DNA of 60,008 nucleotides, the filler included, from Sluysia triapertura (taxonomy: Eukaryota): the NCBI GenBank assembly GCA_046118255.1. It is 5 parts of 5 records of this genome, joined end to end, with 100 filler letters (N's around TTAATTAATTAA, not from the genome) between each part and the next. Parts side by side here need not be neighbours in the genome. Positions count along the whole stretch, not along the records: positions 35,966 to 48,819 come from JBJNIA010077827.1; positions 48,920 to 60,008 come from JBJNIA010189076.1; 3 more parts are not named here. The stretch is one strand, 5' to 3'. Each line of letters begins with the position of its first letter. The first letter of the stretch is position 1. This document shows positions 38,596 to 51,015 of the stretch, piece after piece. The notes under the pieces are model-generated. The model saw only the letters and a list, made by a program, of their open reading frames with translations, did not search any database and had not been told where the DNA came from. The position numbers were made by a program, and so were the translations under genes.

Positions 38596-38753
38596 TGTTG
38601 GGGTAAAGGGCCTAAAAAGTGCCAAGTAGTATAATTGAATATATTGAAAATGAAATTGTTAGACGGGGCTGATAGCTCAGTGGTAGAGCACCGACTGCGC
38701 AGACAATGGTCCCGGGTTCGATCCCCGGTCAGTCCATTTTACGAAGTCTAACA
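38596..38753 (+). mobile_element. 158-bp TGTT...AACA element with 4-bp TSD (CACC); putative solo LTR carrying a tRNA-like gene
   Basis: cacc|TGTTGGGG...GTCTAACA|cacc. The second copy at 566 starts at the same boundary. Confidence 0.7.
38666..38736 (+). tRNA. tRNA-like gene or pseudo-tRNA (possibly tRNA-Cys-derived), anticodon arm disrupted
   Basis: Acceptor GGGCTGA/TCAGTCC+A, D arm GCTC-AGTGGTA-GAGC, T arm CCGGG-TTCGATC-CCCGG, A and B boxes intact, TTTT immediately 3'. The anticodon region CCGACTGCGCAGACAA is 16 nt and does not form the canonical stem. Confidence 0.75.
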
Positions 38754-41700
38754 CACCGACCCGTCATTATCGTCAAGTTTGGACCACTGTACTATGTGCG
38801 AAGTATGCAGTTTTGTTTTATCGGAGTTAATATCGTAAAACTGGGAAATGTTTTAAAAAATATCACACTCTAAAGGATTACAAAAAAACAGACAATTCGA
38901 TATTTTATAAACTAATGTAATATGTTATATTATTTTTTGCGAGTGTTTTTAATTAGAAACTTAAACTTACACTTACAAAAGTAAACTGAAGGTTTAGTCT
39001 GCCTAATAAGCACGGCTTAAAATTAAATTGTATTAGTTATTTATTTTATTATTATTTTAATTTTAATTTTTGCTTAATTATGTTTAGAGTGACCTTGAAA
39101 ACAATTTTTATATTTCTTTTTTTTAAAATCTTCAAAAATATATCAGTAAAATAATTTTTTCTTAATTGGTTCAGCTACAATCTACAGTAAATGTATCTGT
39201 ACCTATGGCAATGATTATGTAACATAGATTCTGATATTTCAAACACGAATAACTGTTATATATTCAATACGCTAACTCTGGTGTAACCCAAAAATCTTCA
39301 GTCGACTTTAAATCACAAAGAAAAAGTACAATTTAAGATTTAATTAATAATTTTAATACAAATATGGTAAGCAAAATCGGAATTTACAATAATACATTCA
39401 ATAAACAAATAATACACTTAATAAAAACGAAAAAACGGTTTTAATTTTATTAACAAAAGATTTTCTTTTAGAATATTTTAAGTTTCATTAAATTTGTCAC
39501 GAAGAATAGTTTATTCAATAAACTCGAAATACTTTCTATAATAAAGGTACGCTAATCGATCTTTTTACAAAATCCAAATTAAATTTTCATATTTAACTAT
39601 AAATATTTTGTTATACATTTCTAAATTTTCTTTATTTCAGAAAATTTTACTAAATTTCTAAGTTAGGAAATCAGTATACGATTTTCATCAACATTATTAT
39701 TACTTTTTCTTCTTTAATTATTATTATCATTATATTTTATTTATATAATGGCTGTAATCGTAATCTAACACTTTAGAAATGATTTTTGCTACAATAAATG
39801 GTCCAACTTATTTTGTATTTGTGTTTTTCAGAATTGTAAAACTGAAATTATTTGAAAAAAACAATTAAAATAAACAGTGTACTTTAATCCTTTAATTTAT
39901 ATTTGTATTTATAGTTAATAATTAAAGTTATTTTTTGTTTTTGAGAGTACTTGACACACAGAATAACTAAATTTGTTAAAGATGAGCTTGCAGAATTATC
40001 AAATGTAATCTAAATGAATAGTCATAAAATGCAAAAGATTGCAATTAAATGATAGCGTTTTATTTTTATTTAAATAATCAAATTTTGATATCAGAACGTT
40101 TTCTACACTCATTATTACACTCATCAAAATTATCAATAAGGTTTGGTTGGTACATTCTTTTAATTTCTATGTTTAATTGCAAGATTTTTTAAAAATTAAA
40201 TATTGGTACAATATTATTGATTATATTTTGGTTTTGTTTGTCAGATAATACATTTAAAATTAAAATAAATAAGTGGCATTTAGTAATTAATATTATGAAA
40301 TCATCAAAGTGTCATAATCATAATCATAATTATTATCATTATTATTATTATCATTATTATTATCATTATTATTATTAATTTGTGAACCATCATCTTTAAC
40401 GAAATTAACATCAGCTTCGTTTTCATTTATCTAAATAATTAAAATTAATTTAAAAATTTAATAATTACAAAAATAAATAATATGAGATTATATAAAATAA
40501 AATTAAAAATATCTCAATATAAACATTTATTTTATAATAAAATAAAATCTTAAAATAAAAAATTAAATGAAAATGGAACACAGAAAATGCAGATCATCTT
40601 AACGATCTTAAAACAAACATATATAAGTCACAAAATAGCTAATATGAATGTATATTCGAATTATAATGTGATAAAATACAGAATGTTGATAAAAAGTTGA
40701 ATAAAAAGTTTAGATTCAATTTGCCATAACAACACAATAATGTATAGAAGGAAAATTATTAAAGAAATTAAACATTGGTGATGTAAAAATAATAGAAATT
40801 AATGTAAAAAGATTGTTTTCAAATAAAGAAATATGCAACATTAATTAAAGAGGAAGGAAAAAAGAAATAATCTAAGAATAGTAATTGTATTTTCAAGTCG
40901 ACATACACAATTGATACATTAGTATAATAAAACATTTCGTTAAGAATCAGTGATGTTTAATATTGTGCAGTACTATCTCAAATTATAAAAGATAGAAATA
41001 ATAATGATAATAAATATAATAATATAATAACAAATATAATAAATATAATAATAAATAATAAATATTAATAATAATAATGCATAATAATATGAAAATATTT
41101 TGTAAAAATAAATTTATTATTACACAATTTTTATTCTGTATAAGTGAAAGTTAAATTTATCTAAATAATCTTCGATTCAATGAAACATTCGGAAATATTT
41201 TATTGATATATTTATTTAAATTGTATTAAGACAATAATAACGGTAATTTATTATATTATAAATGCTTTTCTAAATTATGTTAGAAAAAATATTAAACAAT
41301 ACTTAATAAATAAATACAATATCGTTTTTGTTATATTCCATACTTTGTTGACATTGCTGAAATAATTGTACATTGTTCATTAAGAATAAACTTTTGATAT
41401 TTTGTTTTTTATATTGTTAATTGTTTTAATAAATAATTAAAGGAAAGAATAAATTAATACATAGTTAAGGAAATATTATATAAGCATAAATTGAGTTATA
41501 AAAATTTAGTATATCTAAAGTTGTGCCCATTGTACGTTGTTTATGATAGATCTAAGTTTAAAATCAATTTACATTTGGCTTATGATATTAGATTCGTCAA
41601 TTTTGATAAGTATGCCTTAGTATTTAATAAGTTTATTTTCGGGCAAGTAAATAATAGAGTTTCTAATTAAGTTTCGAATAATTAAAACTTTACTTTCATC

Positions 41701-43650
41701 TCTTCCGTTAGAGACAGATAGAACCTACCTTTACTATATAGGTCATATCAACGAGAATAATTATCAGCCAGTTATAAAACAAACATTTATATAAGAAACA
41801 ACGAATATGGCATATCTGTCTATTTTTAAAGTTCACAGTAAAGTTTGAATTAACAAAGTTGATTATGATTAACACACAAACTAGTCTCATTATAAACTTA
41901 TGCCAGCGTCGAGCAAATTAAATTTAAATATTGGTTGTAATATTGTTATTGTAATAATATTTGTTGTTATTACCGCGATAATATTGTATCACTTACAGAT
42001 ACTTTATCACAAAAAGATGTCACAACACGTTTGACTTATATCATAACATAACATCCCATAAAATCCCATACTTTCATCACTTCATTTTAATTTTAAAAAT
42101 AATAAAATTATTAAATGATCGATTAAAATCAAATTTTAAGTTAATAAACCTAATAATCCAACCTTTATAATAAATATAACCACACTGTCATCGTATTGTT
42201 ATTATATTTTCACACTTTTGCCCATATTTATGTTTCTGAACATATTATATTTTTATTGTATTTTTATATTTTATACTTGTGATTATCATCGAGATCGCAT
42301 TATAAATCAAAAATTACAAGTGTAGTCGCCGGCCACAACTCGGTGCATCAAATACTTATTTGTGTCCTTACGTTTCATATTTTATATATTATATTATGTT
42401 ATGTTATATTTTATTATATTATATTATGTAATATCCTTTAAGCCAGAAATAAAAGAATATAGAAAAGATAAAGAACTAATGTTAGATTTGCAAAAGAGTT
42501 TAAAATTATTCAAAGTGTATTTCAAACAAAAGTTACAGTTTAAAAATTTTTAAAGTATTGTGATGTACGATGCAGAATTGATCGAAACTAATCCGATTCA
42601 GACCGACTTCAAACTAATGTTTCCGAGGCCAATTTACAACAGAAGTATCATGATGTGTAGGCACTTAAATATGTCACCTGGGCACTAAGTACGATTTTTA
42701 ATTTGTAAGTCGATCAACTCCTAATGCTTTAGATTGTTGACATGAAGAGTCACGTACAGGCCATTTGAAAAGAGAATATCATGCACATGGCAATTTAAAT
42801 TACAAAAGATGTAGCAAAACTGTAGATTAACTAGAGCTTGTGTATGTAAACGGGAACATGTGATTTATTGTGTACCTTGTTGTTGCCGTTTGATATTCAG
42901 ATTACTTACTATGTGATTATTATTTGCGACTCTATTATTAGTTTACTTCGACTTATTGTAAAGTTTTTACAATTAATTTTTAGTAAATTTCTCGAATGTG
43001 TTATAAAACTACCCTATACACGAGAATACCCAGAAATGCTTATTCTCGTACACGAAGATTTTGAAATCAAGAAGTGTATGAAAATTCTAGATCATCCAAA
43101 ATGTGAGCATTTTCTCAGGTATGCGTGGTATAGGGTGCCAAGTCGCAGTTCGGTTCGATGTGTTATCAAGTGCTGTTTCTTTCTAATAATTAAAATTTTT
43201 GAACATTTTGTAAAATCAGTTTGTATACAAAAAGTTGTCCTTTTTATTTGGAGTTGTTAATGATTTTAAGTTTTCCTTCATGTTAACATTAACAGATACA
43301 AAGCTACATGTTTCCATTCCATGGAATAAGTCGTTACGTGTACGTATTCAGTGCACGTATGTATCATTGTATCGGGTCTTTGTGGTACTACCTAAGACCC
43401 GGTATCGTCGGAGGACTGGACAATGTTCCACTTACCGATGACCGAAAGTAGAAATAACTCACGTTCATTAACAATAATTTGTCAAAGACTACATTTTTTG
43501 CTCAACATTATACAAAAGTGATCTGTGTACAGTGTGATTCACTTCAATAAATTAATAATTAAGATAATAAATAATAATGGCAAATCACATTAAATTCAAA
43601 AGTTTGAAAACAATGCATCATCACTAAAATAGTATCAAATAATAATAATA

Positions 43651-43716
<66 letters not shown>

Positions 43717-45073
43717 GTAAAATAATAATAGTAATAATAGACTTATACGAACTATTAATTGTTAAATATCATTACCCTCTTAATTACTAACTTGCAGAGG
43801 TTCCTTAAAGCAGACATCGTTTATTTTATAAGAAAAATTCTGAAGTGCAAGAATAAATAATTAAAGGACATACAAAAGGTCTTTCTATCCTCTAAAATTT
43901 AGAGTAATTCGATGTAGATGGGATTGAATTCTGTCTAATATTTGTTTAATAATTGTGATGCTTTCTACAATCGTATAAATTCTTGTTCTAATAAAAGTGA
44001 TTGAATATTATTAAAGTAGGTAAACGCCTAATTTGTGTGAATTTAAGAAATTTTTTAATTGAGTATGTGATGGTCTTATTATTATTGTCTTATTATTACT
44101 ATTGCTGTGGTTTTCATAACTCTTAACCTACGGCAAAATAAAAAATTGAACAGGGTCTTATATCGTAAAGATGGCGTCTCTGTAACTAACACTAAGCTAG
44201 TTTTAATGCAAAAACCTTGAAATAAAGTTTGTTAGCTAAGCAAGAGGGTCTTTTTTATTATTTCTATTAATAATCGATCCATTTAAAATTATTAATTTAT
44301 TAAATTCTATTAAATAAAGAAAAGGTAAGAGGAATATATTAATTATACAAACGAATTAGTAGTAAACAGGTAAAAATCAACTATCAAACAAAGTGATAAA
44401 ATTCAATAATTTTAAAATCAAAATCTCGAAGATCTTTGATAAGTTTAATATGTTATTTTAAATTACAAAAGTTCTCATCATTAGATCGGGGTTTTGAAAA
44501 TTTCCTAAATTAATTTACGTTTTTTTATGATTTCAATAGTAAAGATTAGAGGCTTTTTAATTATAATTAAACAAGTCAAGAAATACGCTTATAAGTGATA
44601 CTTGTATTAGCATTATTTCAAAGGAAACTGCTACTTTATTCAAGTTGTACGTCCTTTCATGCTTTTTGTTCAAATTTTCCTCGCCAGGCCTATTAATAAT
44701 AAAATTTTGTATAGGCATTTATGCGCGTATGGTAAATGTATAATTCAGAACTTGTTTTAAATAGTCTAAACCGTTTACAAAATCTACAACGAATATCGTT
44801 ACAGTCTATATTTTGTGTTTTGCCTGAGGACCCCTTTATTATATTCGTAAATGCATTCACTTAGTCAGTGTAATTTTAATGACATTTAATGACATTTAAT
44901 GAATTCGATAATTCGGTAAACTCATTTCGATAAAAGAATAAAGAAGTGTTACATTTTAAAAAGTTTTTAAGTTTTAGAATTTGTACGCTTTCTGTTATTA
45001 ATCATAAATTTATGATCAGTGATCACGCTAATGTGTCTTCATATTGAGCAAGTGCGAGAAATAAGCGTCATAC

Positions 45074-46258
45074 ATGCGTGAATTAGGAAGAAGCGACATG
45101 ATAGAGGTCCAAGAAGAAGATAACGATGTTCGTCAATCAAGGTGTAATGATTTCCAATTAGAATTAGCTGAAAATTACGATTTAGTTGAAGTTACTGGTT
45201 TTAATTTGAGTGAATACTTGTTGTTTTATCACCTAGGTACCGATGTAAAGAATAAGTTTTATTTCAAAATTCCTACTGACCTTAAGTAAGCTATTGTTTT
45301 TATTATTACTAAATAATGATAATAAAAACAATAAAGTTTACTTTAAGCACTTTAATAACATCACCAATTAGAAACTTATATTTATATATGTTTGGTGAGG
45401 GTGTAAAAATGTTTAATTTATTCAAAATCTTAAATTTTACGAAACTTCTTAAAATTTTAATTTTATTTTTAATATAAGTTAAGTTAACTAAAATATTAAC
45501 AACTTTAATTTTTAAAACCATTACAAATTCTACAACAAATAAATTGTGAACAAACCAATAAAATTTTTATTATAAAATGTTATATGAAAGAACACAATGA
45601 ATATAAATAAACCTATAATTACAATGTCAGATTCTTTTAAAATTTCGGATAATAGCTTGATCAGTTTGAGATTTTGATGTGAAAATGTGGAGTTCACTAC
45701 AACTTGTAACTTGAATAAAAATGCTTCAAAAAACCTCATTTCTGAGTGCTGTATTCCATAATTTAATAATAAAAGATGTTCTTAAAGAGTTTAATGAAAA
45801 TAAATTCTTACACTGAATTGATGGTTCTCTGGTCAGACCATCATTTTTTGATAAAATATTAGTAATAAATTGCAGGTAAAAAATTAGATAAAATTTAATA
45901 AATATAAATATAAAAATATAAAAAAAATAAATGTGATAATCATATTATCTGTAATTTGATTTTGTATTTAGTTTACAAAGAAGTATGCTACGATTTTACG
46001 CATGTAATGGATTTTGTCAGTAAAATAGAAAATATGAAATTGACTGGCAGTAATACATTATTTCAAGCGAGTAATATTTGTATGAATAAATTGGATTGTG
46101 ATTTGGGAAAATTTGCATCAATCAGTAGACTTGAGGTTATTATTTTAATATTTTGTTCGATGCCTAGAATTTCCAAAATTAAACATTGCTTGAAAATTGT
46201 GAAAATAACAACAAAACATATATTAATTCAATTTTTCCATTTCAAGCACCGTAATTGA
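45074..46258 (+). pseudogene. Probable decayed multi-exon gene of unknown family
   Basis: First exon MRELGRSD...KIPTDL followed by gtaagc. Later exon-like blocks (~45630-45875, ~45972-46135) are bounded by AG/GT, and the middle one carries in-frame stops. Confidence 0.3.
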
Positions 46259-48750
46259 TTTGGTATTAATTGATATTATTTCGTGTTTAATTTTCCAGAA
46301 TTTTCTAGTATTTATTTATTTATTTATATTTATTTTTAGACTCTAATTATTGTAAGACATTAACAAAATTTATATTAGCTAATCTGGATGTGCAAATATT
46401 TATAAGGTTAAAATTCACAAATTGTGGCCAATAACTATTCAATTTCCTTTATAATATGCACTTTATTCAGTTATAACCGCTTTGCAAATTAGTATTTGTG
46501 CTTCCTAGTTTTCAATTTGAATCGGAAATTCCATATTTTATTAGCGTCTACATTTGTTCCTTAGATATTTTTTTAGTGCTAATTAAGTATCATAGATTTT
46601 TGCATCCTTACTTCGCGGTGCTTTTTTAATTTCTAATTTTTATCTTGTTTAAAGATGTATCGGAGTAATTTTTTCTGATAGTTTAAATTGTAAAATGTAA
46701 TTTTATTTTCTGTCCTTTTTATGATTATGAAATTGTGGTGTTTCTATGTAAAAAGCATTATTTTTATTTTTATTTTTATATTATTTTTCATTTATATTAT
46801 TTATAATTCCGATAATTATTACTGACTTTACTTTATTGCTATACCTCAGTTCTTAAACTTATTTTTTCTGTTATTTTATAATTTATTCAAGCATTATTGC
46901 TTCTCATTTTCAGTAAAACTTCTAAAACAAACATTCTAAGACTTATAAACAAAAACAAGTTACAACCACAAAAATCTTGACTATCGGACTGTAACGTAAA
47001 AACTGGTGGGACAATTTTATGGAGGCCTTAACGAATACAATCTCGAACATTGTGTTAGTCGCGTTAATCAATAAAATGGTTTTTGAAACAATATTTACTT
47101 TCTCTAATGAGATTCTTGCTTCATTAACTTTTCTAACTCCTTGTCAATTTTACTCTTTAACCCTTTAACCGCCGGTGAACGCATTTTTACGAACATAAAT
47201 TTATTTGAGAGATTATATGAAATAAATGTGAGAAACGCCATTAAAAAATTTTTCATGAATTTTCAATAAAATAGCATAAAATGTGAAAATTGGTAAATTT
47301 AGTATACTCTATCAAAGTTTAATATAGAGTGGAATGTTCTAAAACAATCTGCCATATTTAACAAAAGTTATCAGATTTTATCATTGAATTCAATATAATT
47401 TTTATCTGAAGTAAAATTTAAAACGTGAAAACTCCTTAAAACTCTTAAATCATCCACATAACAATTCATAAGTTTCTTCCAACACATGCTTTGAAAATAA
47501 AATTATAATTATAATTATTATATTATTTTATATAGAAAATTATATTTTTATTTTTTTCTTTTTCAATGGTCCAGTCGTTTACTATTTTGTCTAAAATAGA
47601 AAAATGTTCGAATTGTGAATGCCGGTTTTATTATTTTGTCATCTTTATGATGAACATCCCAATTTAATGTATTATCAAAGAAATTCAATTGTTCAATTTT
47701 GTTCGAGTAATAAAAAATCAAAAGTATTCGATAAGGGTCAAAGATTTTTTGAGTGTGTATGAAATTATATCATCTTGGTTATTTTGCAATATTATCGTTC
47801 GAATATAACATTGTTATCGATTTCCATGTGAATAACATTTGTAATTTTATATTTATAAATAATTGTGATTTTTTAAAAATAATATTGTAATAACATCATA
47901 ATATATTTTAATTTTAGAGACAGTAATTTTTTATGGGGCGCACAATGAAATTTGTGTTATTAATTGTTTTATAATTTGTTTCTAGAAAGTAAAATAATCC
48001 TTTGTAGATTTTAAAAGGTTCAAAAATTTCAAATTGTTCATGATACTTGCTAGCAATTCTTTTGCTAACTTATAATTTACGGTGAATATTTCTCTGTTGT
48101 ACTTCTTTAGTGCATTTTAATGAATTAAGCAGCAAAGACAATTTACGAAGCATTCAGGATTAAGTATGCTCAACGGCTCATTTTGTGTCATATAAGTCCA
48201 TATAAAGTTCTAAAATACATTGTAATGGACCAGCTTTCTCATAAAACTGTGTAATACAAGCCTTATTATAATGATTAAACATTTCATAAATTATTTTTAC
48301 ATCTGTAAAACGTAGTAAAACTTGGTGATACATTGATAATGCAAAGGTAGGATTTATCTTCCTTAATACGTTCGATACCTGTATTTATTAACAATGGTGC
48401 AACACCTTATCGAAAACTGATAACTTAGACACGCCACACATTTGTGACGTGTTAAAATATTGTTTAAGCAATCGCTTCTTACCTTGCTGTAAAACCGATA
48501 CTCAACTTTTTAAACTTGCTTTTAATTCGATTTTATTTCTATCAATTCAAATTCTGTAATATTTGAAGCCGGCTTTAGGCCTGGTTGATTAACACTCATT
48601 AAAATAAAACAAAAATATTATGTAACAAGAATAAAATGGTAATTATGTAATCTACAAAAATACTTACGTTAAAGTTTTCAATATTTCGGTTATAAAAATG
48701 AGAAAACTAAAATGAATGTCTCTAAGCTATAGCAATTCACGAAGAAAACA

Positions 48751-48819
<69 letters not shown>

Positions 48820-48919
48820 NNNNNNNNNNNNNNNNNNNNNNNNNNNNNNNNNNNNNNNNNNNNTTAATTAATTAANNNNNNNNNNNNNNNNNNNNNNNNN
48901 NNNNNNNNNNNNNNNNNNN
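48820..48919. other. Artificial assembly spacer
   Basis: 44 N + TTAATTAATTAA + 44 N. Confidence 0.98.
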
Positions 48920-49480
48920 TTCAGATAGAAAAGTGAAAAAATTACAATTAATAATTAATCAAGCAGCAAGACTAATTCTCCAAGTTGGAAGAAGATTTCA
49001 TGTAATACCTTATCTTAAGGAATTACATTGGTTGCCAATAAAATCAAGAATAGAATTCAAAATCATGACAATAATGACAAATGCTTACATTACGGAAGTC
49101 CTGAATATCTTTTAGAAATAATAAACAATTTGAAAACCAAGATGAATAGTTCATTGAGACATAATAATAATCTACACAGAATCCACAGTGATAAAAAGAA
49201 CTAGGTGATATGTTGTATACCGTTTATGTTTCAAAAATATACAACCAGTACTACCAGAGAATGTGTCATATTTAAGATTATGAAATATTTAAGAAAAAGA
49301 CAAAGTTGTTTCTGTTTCCGAAATATTATAGTGAATGATTTATTTTAAGTGCTTTTGAGTACTTACTTTGAGGTAGATATGAGCACAATATAAATTAATA
49401 TATTATTATTTATTATTATTATTACTACTACTACTACTACTACTATTATTATTATTATTATTATTATCATTATTATTATA
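48920..49480 (+). mobile_element. 3' end of an L2/CR1-group LINE (ORF2 C-terminus, 3' UTR, microsatellite tail)
   Basis: KLQLIINQAARLI..HVIPYLKELHWLPIKSRIEFK..GSPEYL..FKKKTKLFLF, followed by a (TTA)/(CTA) tail. Confidence 0.88.
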
Positions 49481-50919
49481 GTTATTAATCTCGGAATTGA
49501 ACCAAAATTTCTCATATATAAAACTTTTCCATTTTGAAGATGCAACCATCTGTTAAACTTATTATTTCTTCATATTTACTAGATATATTTTCACTCGACC
49601 CTTCACTGCCAAATTTTTATGAGTATCTATATTTAATCGTTTCACAACAAACGTAGTTTCTAAATTTCGATACTGCTTTAAAAGAAAATAAATAATGACA
49701 TGTTTTTATGCGAGGAACAGGGATCATTTAAAACGCATTAAAAAAATATTCCGAAACTTCAAAATATTTTGTTTTGCAAACAAAAATAATTTTTGTGCGG
49801 TAACATAGGTACAAAAATCGGTTTTACTGTAGTTCATTCACTTTTACACCAGCAGCAATATTACTATCAATATTGATTATTAATATATCTAAATAATTTT
49901 GCACGATTCATTAAATTGTATATATTTATTAATTCTAAGAATTCATTAGTTGTATTGCATTCTTTAATTATTTATACTAAACTTTATATTTTCCAAAATA
50001 ATATCCAAATATTCATAAAATTCATCCAAAATTTCTTTAATTGAAATACTAATAATAAAGATTTAATATTTAATGTCACAGGGTTTATCACATTTTCAAT
50101 TATTTATTGTGGCACCATCAGATCCTTCTCGACGTTTTCGAAAAATAAATACCAATATCGAGAAAACAATGACTTAAATATTATATCTTTCTTGTACAAA
50201 GTTTCTGTTAAACAAAAAATTGCAATGCTATTTTCAAGGAATTTTATCACATTTGGTTTTAAAACCGGGTACTACGTTTTAGAAGTTAGATGCAGAAAAA
50301 ACAAGGCAAGATACTTACAAAGACAACACTATTTCCATGCTTTTATAAATTTTATTGCAGTAACAAAAAAAATTGTGTAAAGTCATAAAATTATGGGGTT
50401 TATATCAGAACATTGCTAGATTACACTGTATTTAAAAAAGAATGTAAGTTGCATAATAACACAATATCCTACTATTTGTAACTGTTAATGTAAAACAATT
50501 ATATTTTGATGTGATTTTTGCTAATGAACTAAAAATTCTTTGTGAAATCAAACTTTACTTAATTAATATTCGGATTTTGAATAAATTTAAATATATTGAC
50601 AAAAATATTACTTAAGCAGTCAAAATAATAGCTAAAAATTGTGGAACATGATCAAAAACCGAACAAATATTAGTATCAGTAACTTTTGGTCGCCATAAGA
50701 ATTTCACCAGAATAATCAAATATTTCAGATTAAAGAACATTTAAAAAAACAAGTTTTGGAGGAATCTTGCTAATAAAAATTGAATTAATGATCAAATATT
50801 AAATATGATTACATAAGGACGAATAAATAAAAAGTTACCAAATAACAAAATACTAAGCAACCAGAACTTGATAATAAAATTAAATTAATATATTTTTAAT
50901 AAACTTTCAGAATACCAAC

Positions 50920-51015
50920 CTGTATTGTAATTGCTGATTTACCAACTCCACCATCACCAACAACAATAATTTTCATTTTTGGAAAATTGGTAACATCACT
51001 TGGGATTTTAGGCAT
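50920..51015 (-). CDS. Ras-family GTPase (M-Ras/R-Ras-like), first exon
   Basis: MPKIPSDVTNFPKMKIIVVGDGGVGKSAITIQ|gttggt, with P-loop GDGGVGKS. The short N-terminal extension resembles M-Ras. Later exons were not found. Confidence 0.85.

Noticed and set aside
38666-38736. Assignment as a functional tRNA with a specific anticodon, or as an ordinary SINE head
   Set aside because: The anticodon stem does not pair, so no anticodon can be assigned. Homology begins 70 bp upstream of the tRNA and there is no SINE-type tail.
47157-47176. TTAA-CCCTTTAACCGCCGG piggyBac-like end (similar TTAACCTCTT at 35791)
   Set aside because: No matching inverted partner found in the window.
11575-48919. Four identical TTAATTAATTAA motifs at ~11-13 kb spacing
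   Set aside because: Each is embedded in exactly 44+44 N: an artificial six-frame-stop linker, not biology.
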